This document shows positions 1 to 8,031 of a stretch of 11,907 nucleotides of DNA, one piece after another. Every line of letters starts with the position of its first letter. Position 1 is the stretch's first letter. The notes below the pieces were generated by a model. That model worked only from the letters and a program-made list of their open reading frames with translations, was not told the DNA's origin and made no database searches. The translations under genes were made by a program, and so were the position numbers. The stretch is from NCBI GenBank assembly GCA_039589315.1, contig JBDHHQ010000155.1, positions 1 through 11,907 of the forward strand, written 5' to 3'. This stretch comes from Gemmatimonadota bacterium. Lineage in GTDB: Bacteria; Gemmatimonadota; Gemmatimonadetes; Longimicrobiales; Gaopeijiaceae.

Positions 1-114
1 GCGGTCGTGGAGCTCGCGGACCGCTACTCGGGCACGATGCGCCCGGGAGCCGGCGATGACTGGTACCGAAACGTTCGCTGGATGAACCGGCATCCGGAGC
101 TGTGGCGGCAATGA
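1..114 (+). CDS. 3' end of an upstream gene (partial), product uncertain; possibly an NAD-dependent epimerase/dehydratase of a sugar-nucleotide operon
   Basis: Frame 1 is open from base 1 (AVVELADRYSGTMRPGAGDDWYRNVRWMNRHPELWRQ) to TGA 112-114, with GC-rich third positions. The stop overlaps ATG 111-113 of the next gene (ATGA coupling). The product guess rests mainly on context. Confidence 0.65.
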   Translation, partial: AVVELADRYSGTMRPGAGDDWYRNVRWMNRHPELWRQ

Positions 115-1211
115 GAGTCCCCTACGTCGATCTGGCCGAGCAGAACGGTCGACTCAGGGCCGAGCTGCTGGAGGCTTTCGACCGTGTGTTGTCCCACGGC
201 CAGCTCGTCCTGGGCCCGGAGGTCGCGGAGCTCGAGACCCGGCTCGCGGCCAAGCTGGACGTGCCCGCCGTGGTGTGCGTGGCGTCGGGGATCGACGCCT
301 TGGAGCTGGCTTTGCGACTCCGGGGAATCGGTCCCGGCGACGAGGTGCTCGTGCCTTCGCACACCTTCTTCGCCACCGCGTACGCGGTCGAGTTGGTAGG
401 TGCTCGGCCCGTCTTCGTGGACGTCGAGCCTCTGCGCCTCCTCATGGATCCCGAGAGCGCGGCACAGGCGATCGGCGAACGCACGCGGGCGATCATTCCC
501 GTGCACCTCGGAGGACATCCCTGTGAGATGGGAGCCATCGTGGCGTTGGCGGAGGAGCACGGATTGTGGGTCATCGAAGACTGCGCGCAATCCATCGGGT
601 CCCGGTACCGGGGTCGCCCCACCGGCAGTTGGGGTGTCGGCTGCTTCTCCCTTCATCCCCTCAAGACGCTATCGGCCTTGGGCGATGCCGGATTCCTGAC
701 CGTCGCCGAGCCCGCCGACGTCGAGGCTCTCAAGAGATTGAGAAACCTCGGTCTCGTGGATCGGGATCACACCGAGGAGGTGAGCTCGCACAGTCGGCTC
801 GACACTCTACAGGCTGCTGCGCTGCTGGTGAAGCTGGAGCACCTGGACGAGTACGTGGAGGCGAGGCGTGCGCACGCGAGAGCATATGACGACGCACTCA
901 GGGACGAATTCAGCATCGTTCCCGTGCCCGACCACGTCGAGCCCTCGTACTCCTGCTACGTGGTTCGCCACCCGGAACGCGACAGGATACTCACCGCGAT
1001 GCGCTCGCGGGGCTACGACCTGAAGGTGCACTATCCGGTGCCGATCCACATGCAGCGGCCATACCTGGGATCCGGCTCGTGGGTGTTGCCGCAGACGGAG
1101 CGCGCGGTCTCCGAGATCCTGAGCCTTCCCGTGAGTCCCGAGCTGTCGCCCACCGTGAGGGACGAGCTGATCGCCGATCTCTTGGACACGTGTCGGGGGG
1201 CTGGCGCATGA
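111..1211 (+). CDS. DegT/DnrJ/EryC1/StrS family PLP-dependent sugar-nucleotide aminotransferase (366 aa)
   Basis: Motifs MRVPYVDL, LGPEVAELE, GIGPGDEVLVP, GARPVFVDV, RAIIPVHLGG, IEDCAQSIG (PLP Asp), FSLHPLKTLSALGDAG (Schiff-base Lys at 663-665), SRLDTLQAA, VHYPVPIH, EILSLPV. ATG 111 is preferred over GTG 102 because of the ATGA overlap with the upstream stop. Confidence 0.95.
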   Translation: MRVPYVDLAEQNGRLRAELLEAFDRVLSHGQLVLGPEVAELETRLAAKLDVPAVVCVASGIDALELALRLRGIGPGDEVLVPSHTFFATAYAVELVGARPVFVDVEPLRLLMDPESAAQAIGERTRAIIPVHLGGHPCEMGAIVALAEEHGLWVIEDCAQSIGSRYRGRPTGSWGVGCFSLHPLKTLSALGDAGFLTVAEPADVEALKRLRNLGLVDRDHTEEVSSHSRLDTLQAAALLVKLEHLDEYVEARRAHARAYDDALRDEFSIVPVPDHVEPSYSCYVVRHPERDRILTAMRSRGYDLKVHYPVPIHMQRPYLGSGSWVLPQTERAVSEILSLPVSPELSPTVRDELIADLLDTCRGAGA

Positions 1212-1507
1212 GCGGATTGTGCAAGGAGTCGAGCAGAGGGCGGAGGCTCGACGCCGCGGGCAGTCGAGGTGTCCCGACCGAGTCCGGGACCCGCGGATGA
1301 GTCGCGCCCGTCAAATGTTTCCCTTGCGGGATATGGTTTTCAGGCGGCAGCTTTGTAAAAACAAGCAGCCCCCGTGTCCGCTGGGCACTGCGCCCGGAAG
1401 GGCACCGGCCCCTGGAAGAAGCTCACTCGAGGGCCCCGACGGGGGGCTGCAAGCGAACTGTCGCCGCGGTGGCCCCCAAGCCGGCTGCCGCGGCGTTGAG
1501 CGCTGTC

Positions 1508-1513
1508 AGGAGG
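1508..1513 (+). promoter_or_regulatory. Shine-Dalgarno site of the giant S8 protease gene
   Basis: Perfect AGGAGG 5 nt before ATG 1519, which is followed directly by a signal peptide. Confidence 0.85.
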
Positions 1514-1518
1514 TACAG

Positions 1519-4500
1519 ATGTCCTGTCGAGGCCGTGTGTTGGCGGCAACGGCATTCGCTCTGACGATGTTGCTGTTGAGCTGCCGTGATCAGGATCCGG
1601 TCTCGCCTCCCCCCGCGGTACCAGAGCCCTCCGCCGCCGCCGCACCCCAGGACGATCGGCCCCGGGTCGTATCCGGGCAGTACATCGTCAAGTTCAGGGA
1701 CGGGGTCGATATCCCCCCCGGTCTGGCACAGGCCTTGGCGGCGCAGCACGGTCTCGGGCTCCGGCACGACTACTCGACCGTATTCCAGGGCTTCTCCGCT
1801 CGAATTCCGGAACCTGCCCTCCCCGCTCTCCGCGACCATCCGCTCATCGAGACGATCGAGCCCAACCACATCGCCTATCTGGACTGGCTCGGAGCCACCT
1901 CCGCCGCCTCGGTCACCATTCCCACGGCGGGATTGAGGATGCGGCTCGTCGCCGACGATCTCGCGCTTTCCGACGGGGCCGATGTCGACGTGTGGCCGAA
2001 TAGCGGCGGCACCGAGGGCGCTGCGACGCAGGGGCAATCGAAGCGCCGGCCCACGTACCATGCACCCGGGGCCACGGGCGAATTCGGTGGGCATGCCCAC
2101 GTCGGTCTCAACGAAGGTGGAGACGACGACGAGTACCTGCAGGTTTCCGGTGTTGGATACCACGGCTCGGCCACGCTGATCGCCGTCTACAGCCAGGAGG
2201 ACGCGACGGCTCACAACTACGGTCTGGTCGGTCTGTATTCCAGTGAGAGCAACCGAGCGACATTCGCCACGATGTTCGACGATCAGGCCGACCGCCTGGG
2301 GTACTGGGATCGCACGAGCGCCTATAGAAACTCGACGTTCGTAACGCAGCCCGGGGACGAGCACGTGGCGGTCTGGCGCGTCGACGGATCGCAATCGGTC
2401 GACTTCCAGGTAGATGGAGCGAGTGCGGGCTCCGTGGCCCTCTCGAGTGATATCCACGACCCCTTCGGCTCCTATGTGATCGGGAACGCGAAGCCCGGAG
2501 CGCGGAACAAGCAGTTCGATGGCCAGATCGCTGAGCTGATCCTGTATGATCGGGCCCTGGCTGACTGCGAGCGTGACCAGATCGTCGCCGACCTCGGGGG
2601 GCAGTACGGGATCAGCGTGTCGCCTCCAGGCGGAGGATGCAGTCCACCGGCGCCGCCGTCAGGCCTGACCGCGTCCATGGCGAGCGCCAGCTCGATCGAC
2701 GTGGGCTGGACCGACAACTCGGGCGATGAGGACGGGTTCACGGTCGAGCGACGCGAGGGTCAGACGGGCGCCTTCCAGGAGGTTGGCCAGGTCGGCGCCG
2801 GCGTGGTCGGCTACGTGGACACGGGTCTGCCCGCCGAGACGGAGTTCTGCTACCGGGCCCTCTCGTTCAACGCCGACGGTAACTCGACCTACTCGAATGT
2901 GGACTGCGCCACAACGGACGTGGTCTCCCCACCCCCGCCCCCGGTCACCGTGCCGTCCTCGGGACTCAGGCTGAGGCTCGTCGCCGATGAGCTTTCGCTC
3001 AGCGACGGGGCCGGCGTCGACGTTTGGTCCAATCTGGGCGGAACCGAAGGCGACGCGACGCAGGCGCTCGTGGCAGAGCGGCCCGTCTTCCACCAGGCGG
3101 GAGCCACGGGCCAGTTCGGGGGGCGGGCGCACGTCGGGTTCAACGAAGGTGGCGACGACGACGAGTACCTGCAGGTCTCGGGCGTCGGATACCACGGCTC
3201 GGCGACGCTGATCGCCGTGTACAGCCAGGAGGATGCGACGGCACACAACTACATTCTCCTTGGCCTCTACGACAGCGATACCGACCGCAGCTCGTTCGGT
3301 ACGATGTTCGACGATCAGGCGGACCTCCTCGGCTACTGGGACCGGTCGAGCGGCTACCGCAACTCGACGTTCGTCACTCAAGCAGGGGACGAGCATGTAG
3401 CGGTCTGGCGGGTCGAGGGGGCGCAGTCGGTCGATTATCAGGTGGACGGAACAGCAGCGGGCTCGGTGGCCCTACCCGGCGACATCCACGACCCCTTCAG
3501 CAGCTACGTCGTCGGCAGGGGAATTCCGGGTCTCGCGGGGCGCCAGTTCGACGGGCAGATCGCCGAGCTGATCCTCTACGACCGGGCCCTGGCGGACTGT
3601 GAGCGGGATCAGATCGTAACCGATCTGGGGGGCCAATACGGGATCAGCGTATCGACCACCGGCGGGACCTGCAGCCCACCGGCGCCACCGTCGGGCCTGA
3701 CTGCGTCGATGGTCAGCGCCGGCTCGATCGACGTGGGCTGGACCGACAACTCTCCGGATGAAGACGGGTTCAGGATCGAGCGCCGCGAGGGCCAGGCCGG
3801 TGCGTTCCAGGTCGTGGGCGAGGCAGGCGCAGACGTCGTGAGCTTCCTCGATACGGGTCTCGCAGCTCAGACCGAGTACTGCTATCGGGGTCAGTCCTTC
3901 AACGCCGACGGAAGCTCGACCTACTCGAACATCGACTGCGCAACGACGGACGGCCTGCCGCCCGCACCGCCTCCGGTGACGGTTCCATCCACGGGGCTGC
4001 GGCTACGGCTCGTGGCCGAGGAGCTGTCGCTGGGTGAAGGCGCGGACGTCGACGTCTGGCCGAACCTGGGCGGGAGTGAAAGCGACGCGACACAGGCCAC
4101 CGCCGGGGAGCGCCCGGTTTTCCACCAATCGGGCGACGTCGGCAAATTCGGGGGCCGCGCCTTCGTCGGCTTCAACGAGGGTGGAGACGACGACGAGTAC
4201 CTGGAGGTGCCGGGCGTGAGCTACCACAGCTCGGCGACGCTCATCGCGGTGTACAGCCAGGAGGACGCGACGGCGCACAACTACGTTCTCCTGGGCCTTT
4301 ACGACAGCGACATCGACCGCGGCACGTTCGCCACGATGTTCAACGACCAGGGGAACCTCCTCGGCTACTGGGACCGAACCAACGGCTATCGCAACTCCGC
4401 GTTCGTCACGCAGCCGGACGACGACCACATCGCGGTCTGGAGGGTCGAGGCATCCCAGTCGGTCGACTACCAGGTGGACGGGTCCGACCAGGGCTCGGTG

Positions 4501-7500
4501 ACGCTGCCCGGCGACATCCACAACCCGTTCAGCCGCTACGTCGTCGGCAGGGCCATGCCGACCCTGGACGGACGGCAGTTCGACGGCCAGGTCGCGGAGC
4601 TGATCCTCTACGACCGGGCCCTGCCGGACTGCGAGCGAGACCAGATCGTCGCGGACCTGGGGGCTCAGTACGGGATCAGCGTCTCCACGACCGGCGGGAG
4701 CTGCACGCCGCCGGCACCGCCGTCCAACCTGACGGCGGCGATGGTGAGCGCGACGTCCATCGACGTGGACTGGGTCGACAACTCGGGCAACGAGGACGGG
4801 TTCACCGTCGAGCGCCGTGAGGGTCAAGCCGGGCCCTTCCAGGTTGTGGCCCAGGTCGGCGCCGGCGTGGCGAGCCACCAGGATACGGGCCTTCTTGCCC
4901 AGACCGAGTACTGCTACCGGGCCCTCTCGTTCAACGGTGACGGCAGCTCGACCTACTCGAACGTTGACTGCGCCACGACGGACGTGCCGCCTCCGTCCCC
5001 ACCACCGGTGACCGTACCCCAGGTCGGGCTGCGGCTCCGGCTGGTGGCCAACGAGCTCGCACTGGCCGACGGAACCGACGTTGACGCGTGGCCGAATGTC
5101 GGCGGAAGCGTAGGCGCCGCGCTGCAGAGTCAGGCCGACGAGCGGCCGTCGTTCCACTCGCCGGGGATGAGCGCTCAATTCGGAGGACACGCCCACGTGG
5201 GCTTCAACGAGGGAGGAGACGACGACGAGTACCTGCAGGTCTCGAACGTGTCGTACCACGCTTCTGCGACGCTGATCGCGGTGTACAGCCAGGAGGACGC
5301 CACGGCCCACAACTACGGGATCGTGGCCCTGCTCTCCAGCCAGAGAAACCGAGTGGTGTTCTCCACGATGTTCGACGACCAGGGCGACCGGATGGGCTAC
5401 TGGGATCAAACCAACGCATACCGCAACTCGACGTTCATCACTCAGCCCGGTGACGAGCACGTCGCGGTCTGGCGCGTCGAGGGATCGCAGTGGGTCGACT
5501 TCCAGGTCGACGGAGTCGACGAGGGTTCCGTGGCGCTTCCGGACGACATCCACAGCCCGTTCAAGCACTACCAGATCGGCACCGGGTTCGCGGGCACGAA
5601 CCGCCAGTTCGACGGGCAGATCGCCGAGCTGATCCTCTACGACCGGGCTCTGGCGGACTGCGAGCGAGACGACGTCGTAGCGAGCCTCGGCGCCCGCTAC
5701 GGCATCGCGGTGTCCCCCCCCGGAGGTGGCTGCAACGCGCCGGCGGCGCCCTCAGCGCTCACGGCATCAGCAGCGGGCGCGAGCTCGGTTGACGTAGACT
5801 GGACCGACAACTCGAACAACGAAGACGGGTTCAAGGTCGAGCGACGCGAGGGTCAGACCGGCACCTTCCAGGAGGTGGGCCAGGTGGGCCCCGACATGGT
5901 GAGCTTCCTGGACACGGGTCTGGCGGCCCAGACCGAGTACTGTTACCGGGCCTGGTCGTTCAACAGCGACGGCAGCTCGACCAGCTCCAACGTAGACTGC
6001 GCAGTGACGGATGCGCCGGCGCCGCCCCCGAGCCCGGTGCCGGCCCCCGGCCTGGGGCTGAGGCTGCGGCTGATCGCCGACGAGCTTCCCCTGGCCGACG
6101 GCAGCGACGTCGACCTCTGGCCCAACAGCGGCGGGGAAGGCGACGCCTCCCAGAGCCAGGCCACCGAACGGCCGTCGTTCCATCAGCCCGGCTTCTCCGC
6201 CAAGTTCGGAGGCCGCGCCTACGTAGGGTTCAACGAGGGTGCGGACGACGACGAGTACCTGCAGGTGCCGGGCGTCAGCCACCACGAATCGGCGACCCTG
6301 GTCGCCGTGTTCAGTCAGGAAGACGCGACGGCGCACAACTACGTCCTCCTTGGCCTGTACGCGAACGACACAGATCGCGGCACCTTCGCAACGATGTTCA
6401 ACGACCAGGGGGACCCCCTCGGCTACTGGGACCGCACGAACGCCTACCGCAACTCCACATTCATCACGCAGCCGGGGGACGAGCACATTGCCGTCTGGAG
6501 GGTCGAGGGAGCTCAGTCCGTCGACTTCCAGATCGATGGAGCGGACGCCGGATCGGTGGCCCTGCCGCTGGATATCCACGACCCCTTCAGCTCGTACGTG
6601 ATCGGGAGGGCCATACCGGGCGTCGCCGGCAAGCAGTTCGACGGTCAGGTGGCAGAGCTGATTCTGTATGACCGGCCGCTGCTGGACTGCGAGCGGGACG
6701 ACCTGGTGACGGGTCTGGGAGCACGCTACGGCATCGTCGTGGCGGGTGGCTTGACGGGTCCCTGCGTGCCGCCCGACGCGCCGACGGGACTCTCCGCGAC
6801 GGTCGTGGACTACCGGACGATCGATCTGGCCTGGGCCGACAACGCGGTGAACGAGGACGGGTTCACCGTGGAGCGGCGTTTGGGCCAGAGCGGTTCCTTC
6901 GAGGCTGTTGCCCAGGTCGGCCCCGACGCCACGAGCTACAACGACGGCTTCCTGTTCCCGGAGACGGAGTACTGCTACCGGGTCTCGGCGTTCAACAGCG
7001 ACGGGTTCTCGGCATTCACCAACGTCGAGTGCGGGACCACGCCGACCGCGCCTCCGGGAGCGTGCTTCGACACGGGCAACCACGACGACCTGTCGGAGCT
7101 GTGGAACATCTCCCGCATCGAGGCGGACTTGAACCCCCACTGGCAGGTGACCCAGCTGCCTGGATGCGAGATCACGACGCCGGTCTACACGATGGATTCC
7201 GGCGTGGACAGCGATCATCCCGACCTCAACGTGGTGGAGTTCTTGAACTGGGTGGCGGCCGAGCCCAGCAACACGGGTGAGGACGGGAACGGCCACGGCA
7301 CGCACGTCGCGGGCATCATTGGCGCCATCGACGGCAACGGCGGCGTGGTCGGCGTCGCTCCGGGCGCACCGATCCACTCGTTCCGCGTCTGCAGCGACGA
7401 CGGCTCCTGCACCTATGACGACATCATCGCGGGCGTGGACGAGGTCACGGCCCGCAAGATCGCCGACCCGTCACAACCGATGGTGGTGAACATGAGCCTC

Positions 7501-8007
7501 GCGGGCGACGTGAACGAGCTCATGGATCGGGCGGTTCGGGAGTCCGTGAACGCCGGTGTCGTATTCGCCATCGGCGCGGGCAACGGGGTCATCGGCGCGT
7601 GCATATTCCCGTGGGATGCCCAGCAGCTCTCGCCGGCGGGCGTGGGCGACGACGCCATCAACCAATCGGGTGGCAGCGACGGCGACACCGCACGAACGAA
7701 CGGCGTCATGACCGTGACGCTGAGCACCGGATTCGATGCGGATGGGAACTGCAACTTCGGGGAGCCGGTGACCATCGCGGCGCCGGGCGACGCGATCAAA
7801 TCGTCGTGGCTGGGTGGCACCTACAACACCATCGGCGGTACCTCGATGTCTTCGCCCCATGCCGCCGGGGCCGCCGCCCTGCGTCTGATGACCGACCCGT
7901 CCGCAACGCCCATCGAGGTCGAGCAGTGGATCATGTCGCAGCTCGACGCGTGGGTGACGGACGACCTGCCCAACGCGGACGGACGGCTCAACGTGAGGCA
8001 GCCGTAG
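1519..8007 (+). CDS. Giant S8 (subtilase) serine protease, predicted lipoprotein, 2162 aa: signal peptide - I9 propeptide - 5x(LamG/ConA-like + FN3) - S8 catalytic domain
   Basis: Start at 1519 rather than 1219 (AGGAGG; signal peptide MSCRGRVLAATAFALTMLLLS-C, Cys at 1582). I9-like propeptide ~1666-1881 (GQYIVKFRD...HDYSTVFQGFSARIP...IETIEPNHIAYL). Catalytic triad: Asp 7195 (TMDSGVDSDHPDL), His 7294 (DGNGHGTHVAGIIG), Ser 7843 (GGTSMSSPHAAG). Oxyanion Asn 7582 (GAGN); VVNMSL also present. Confidence 0.93.
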   Translation: MSCRGRVLAATAFALTMLLLSCRDQDPVSPPPAVPEPSAAAAPQDDRPRVVSGQYIVKFRDGVDIPPGLAQALAAQHGLGLRHDYSTVFQGFSARIPEPALPALRDHPLIETIEPNHIAYLDWLGATSAASVTIPTAGLRMRLVADDLALSDGADVDVWPNSGGTEGAATQGQSKRRPTYHAPGATGEFGGHAHVGLNEGGDDDEYLQVSGVGYHGSATLIAVYSQEDATAHNYGLVGLYSSESNRATFATMFDDQADRLGYWDRTSAYRNSTFVTQPGDEHVAVWRVDGSQSVDFQVDGASAGSVALSSDIHDPFGSYVIGNAKPGARNKQFDGQIAELILYDRALADCERDQIVADLGGQYGISVSPPGGGCSPPAPPSGLTASMASASSIDVGWTDNSGDEDGFTVERREGQTGAFQEVGQVGAGVVGYVDTGLPAETEFCYRALSFNADGNSTYSNVDCATTDVVSPPPPPVTVPSSGLRLRLVADELSLSDGAGVDVWSNLGGTEGDATQALVAERPVFHQAGATGQFGGRAHVGFNEGGDDDEYLQVSGVGYHGSATLIAVYSQEDATAHNYILLGLYDSDTDRSSFGTMFDDQADLLGYWDRSSGYRNSTFVTQAGDEHVAVWRVEGAQSVDYQVDGTAAGSVALPGDIHDPFSSYVVGRGIPGLAGRQFDGQIAELILYDRALADCERDQIVTDLGGQYGISVSTTGGTCSPPAPPSGLTASMVSAGSIDVGWTDNSPDEDGFRIERREGQAGAFQVVGEAGADVVSFLDTGLAAQTEYCYRGQSFNADGSSTYSNIDCATTDGLPPAPPPVTVPSTGLRLRLVAEELSLGEGADVDVWPNLGGSESDATQATAGERPVFHQSGDVGKFGGRAFVGFNEGGDDDEYLEVPGVSYHSSATLIAVYSQEDATAHNYVLLGLYDSDIDRGTFATMFNDQGNLLGYWDRTNGYRNSAFVTQPDDDHIAVWRVEASQSVDYQVDGSDQGSVTLPGDIHNPFSRYVVGRAMPTLDGRQFDGQVAELILYDRALPDCERDQIVADLGAQYGISVSTTGGSCTPPAPPSNLTAAMVSATSIDVDWVDNSGNEDGFTVERREGQAGPFQVVAQVGAGVASHQDTGLLAQTEYCYRALSFNGDGSSTYSNVDCATTDVPPPSPPPVTVPQVGLRLRLVANELALADGTDVDAWPNVGGSVGAALQSQADERPSFHSPGMSAQFGGHAHVGFNEGGDDDEYLQVSNVSYHASATLIAVYSQEDATAHNYGIVALLSSQRNRVVFSTMFDDQGDRMGYWDQTNAYRNSTFITQPGDEHVAVWRVEGSQWVDFQVDGVDEGSVALPDDIHSPFKHYQIGTGFAGTNRQFDGQIAELILYDRALADCERDDVVASLGARYGIAVSPPGGGCNAPAAPSALTASAAGASSVDVDWTDNSNNEDGFKVERREGQTGTFQEVGQVGPDMVSFLDTGLAAQTEYCYRAWSFNSDGSSTSSNVDCAVTDAPAPPPSPVPAPGLGLRLRLIADELPLADGSDVDLWPNSGGEGDASQSQATERPSFHQPGFSAKFGGRAYVGFNEGADDDEYLQVPGVSHHESATLVAVFSQEDATAHNYVLLGLYANDTDRGTFATMFNDQGDPLGYWDRTNAYRNSTFITQPGDEHIAVWRVEGAQSVDFQIDGADAGSVALPLDIHDPFSSYVIGRAIPGVAGKQFDGQVAELILYDRPLLDCERDDLVTGLGARYGIVVAGGLTGPCVPPDAPTGLSATVVDYRTIDLAWADNAVNEDGFTVERRLGQSGSFEAVAQVGPDATSYNDGFLFPETEYCYRVSAFNSDGFSAFTNVECGTTPTAPPGACFDTGNHDDLSELWNISRIEADLNPHWQVTQLPGCEITTPVYTMDSGVDSDHPDLNVVEFLNWVAAEPSNTGEDGNGHGTHVAGIIGAIDGNGGVVGVAPGAPIHSFRVCSDDGSCTYDDIIAGVDEVTARKIADPSQPMVVNMSLAGDVNELMDRAVRESVNAGVVFAIGAGNGVIGACIFPWDAQQLSPAGVGDDAINQSGGSDGDTARTNGVMTVTLSTGFDADGNCNFGEPVTIAAPGDAIKSSWLGGTYNTIGGTSMSSPHAAGAAALRLMTDPSATPIEVEQWIMSQLDAWVTDDLPNADGRLNVRQP
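1912..7062 (+). repeat. Five intragenic tandem repeats of ~1032 nt (344 aa), each a ~240-aa LamG/concanavalin-like jelly-roll, a ~90-aa fibronectin type III domain and a Pro-rich linker
   Basis: Units start at 1912, 2944, 3976, 5008 and 6037 (spacings 1032, 1032, 1032, 1029). Conserved motifs: NEG[GA]DDDEYL, SQEDATAHNY, TMF[DN]DQ, GYWD, QFDGQ[IV]AELILYDR..DCERD (LamG-like C-terminal strand and helix), W.DN...EDGF..ERR and TE[YF]CYR (FN3). Units 1 and 2 are about 77% identical in amino acids by manual count. Confidence 0.95.
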
Positions 8008-8031
8008 CGGTATTGCGAAGGGCCCCTATCG

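Noticed and set aside
1208..1300. 30-aa ORF (MSGLCKESS...) starting by ATGA overlap with the DegT stop
   Set aside because: Short, with no motif and no convincing codon bias; cannot be supported as a gene.
1219..1518. 100-codon N-terminal extension of the protease given by the ORF track
   Set aside because: The sequence is not protein-like, and the AGGAGG plus signal peptide at 1519 define the real start.
1724..1739. Sigma54-like TGGCAC-N5-TTGG
   Set aside because: It lies inside the coding sequence and lacks the required -12 GC.
1912..7062. Repeats as a diversity-generating retroelement TR/VR pair or a CRISPR-like array
   Set aside because: The units are ~1 kb in-frame protein domains; differences involve all bases, many at synonymous positions, and are not adenine-specific. 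No reverse transcriptase or cas gene is in the window.
1423..7377. Long antisense ORFs (1423-2457, 2659-3396, 4003-5568, 5767-7377) and short alternate-frame ORFs
   Set aside because: Shadow ORFs expected from high-GC codon bias opposite a real gene; they recur with the repeats and show no recognisable motifs.
8005..8007. Pyrrolysine or programmed amber readthrough of the protease stop
   Set aside because: The S8 domain ends naturally (GRLNV), no pyl genes are seen in the window, and the in-frame tail has a one-in-three chance of arising from a rearrangement.
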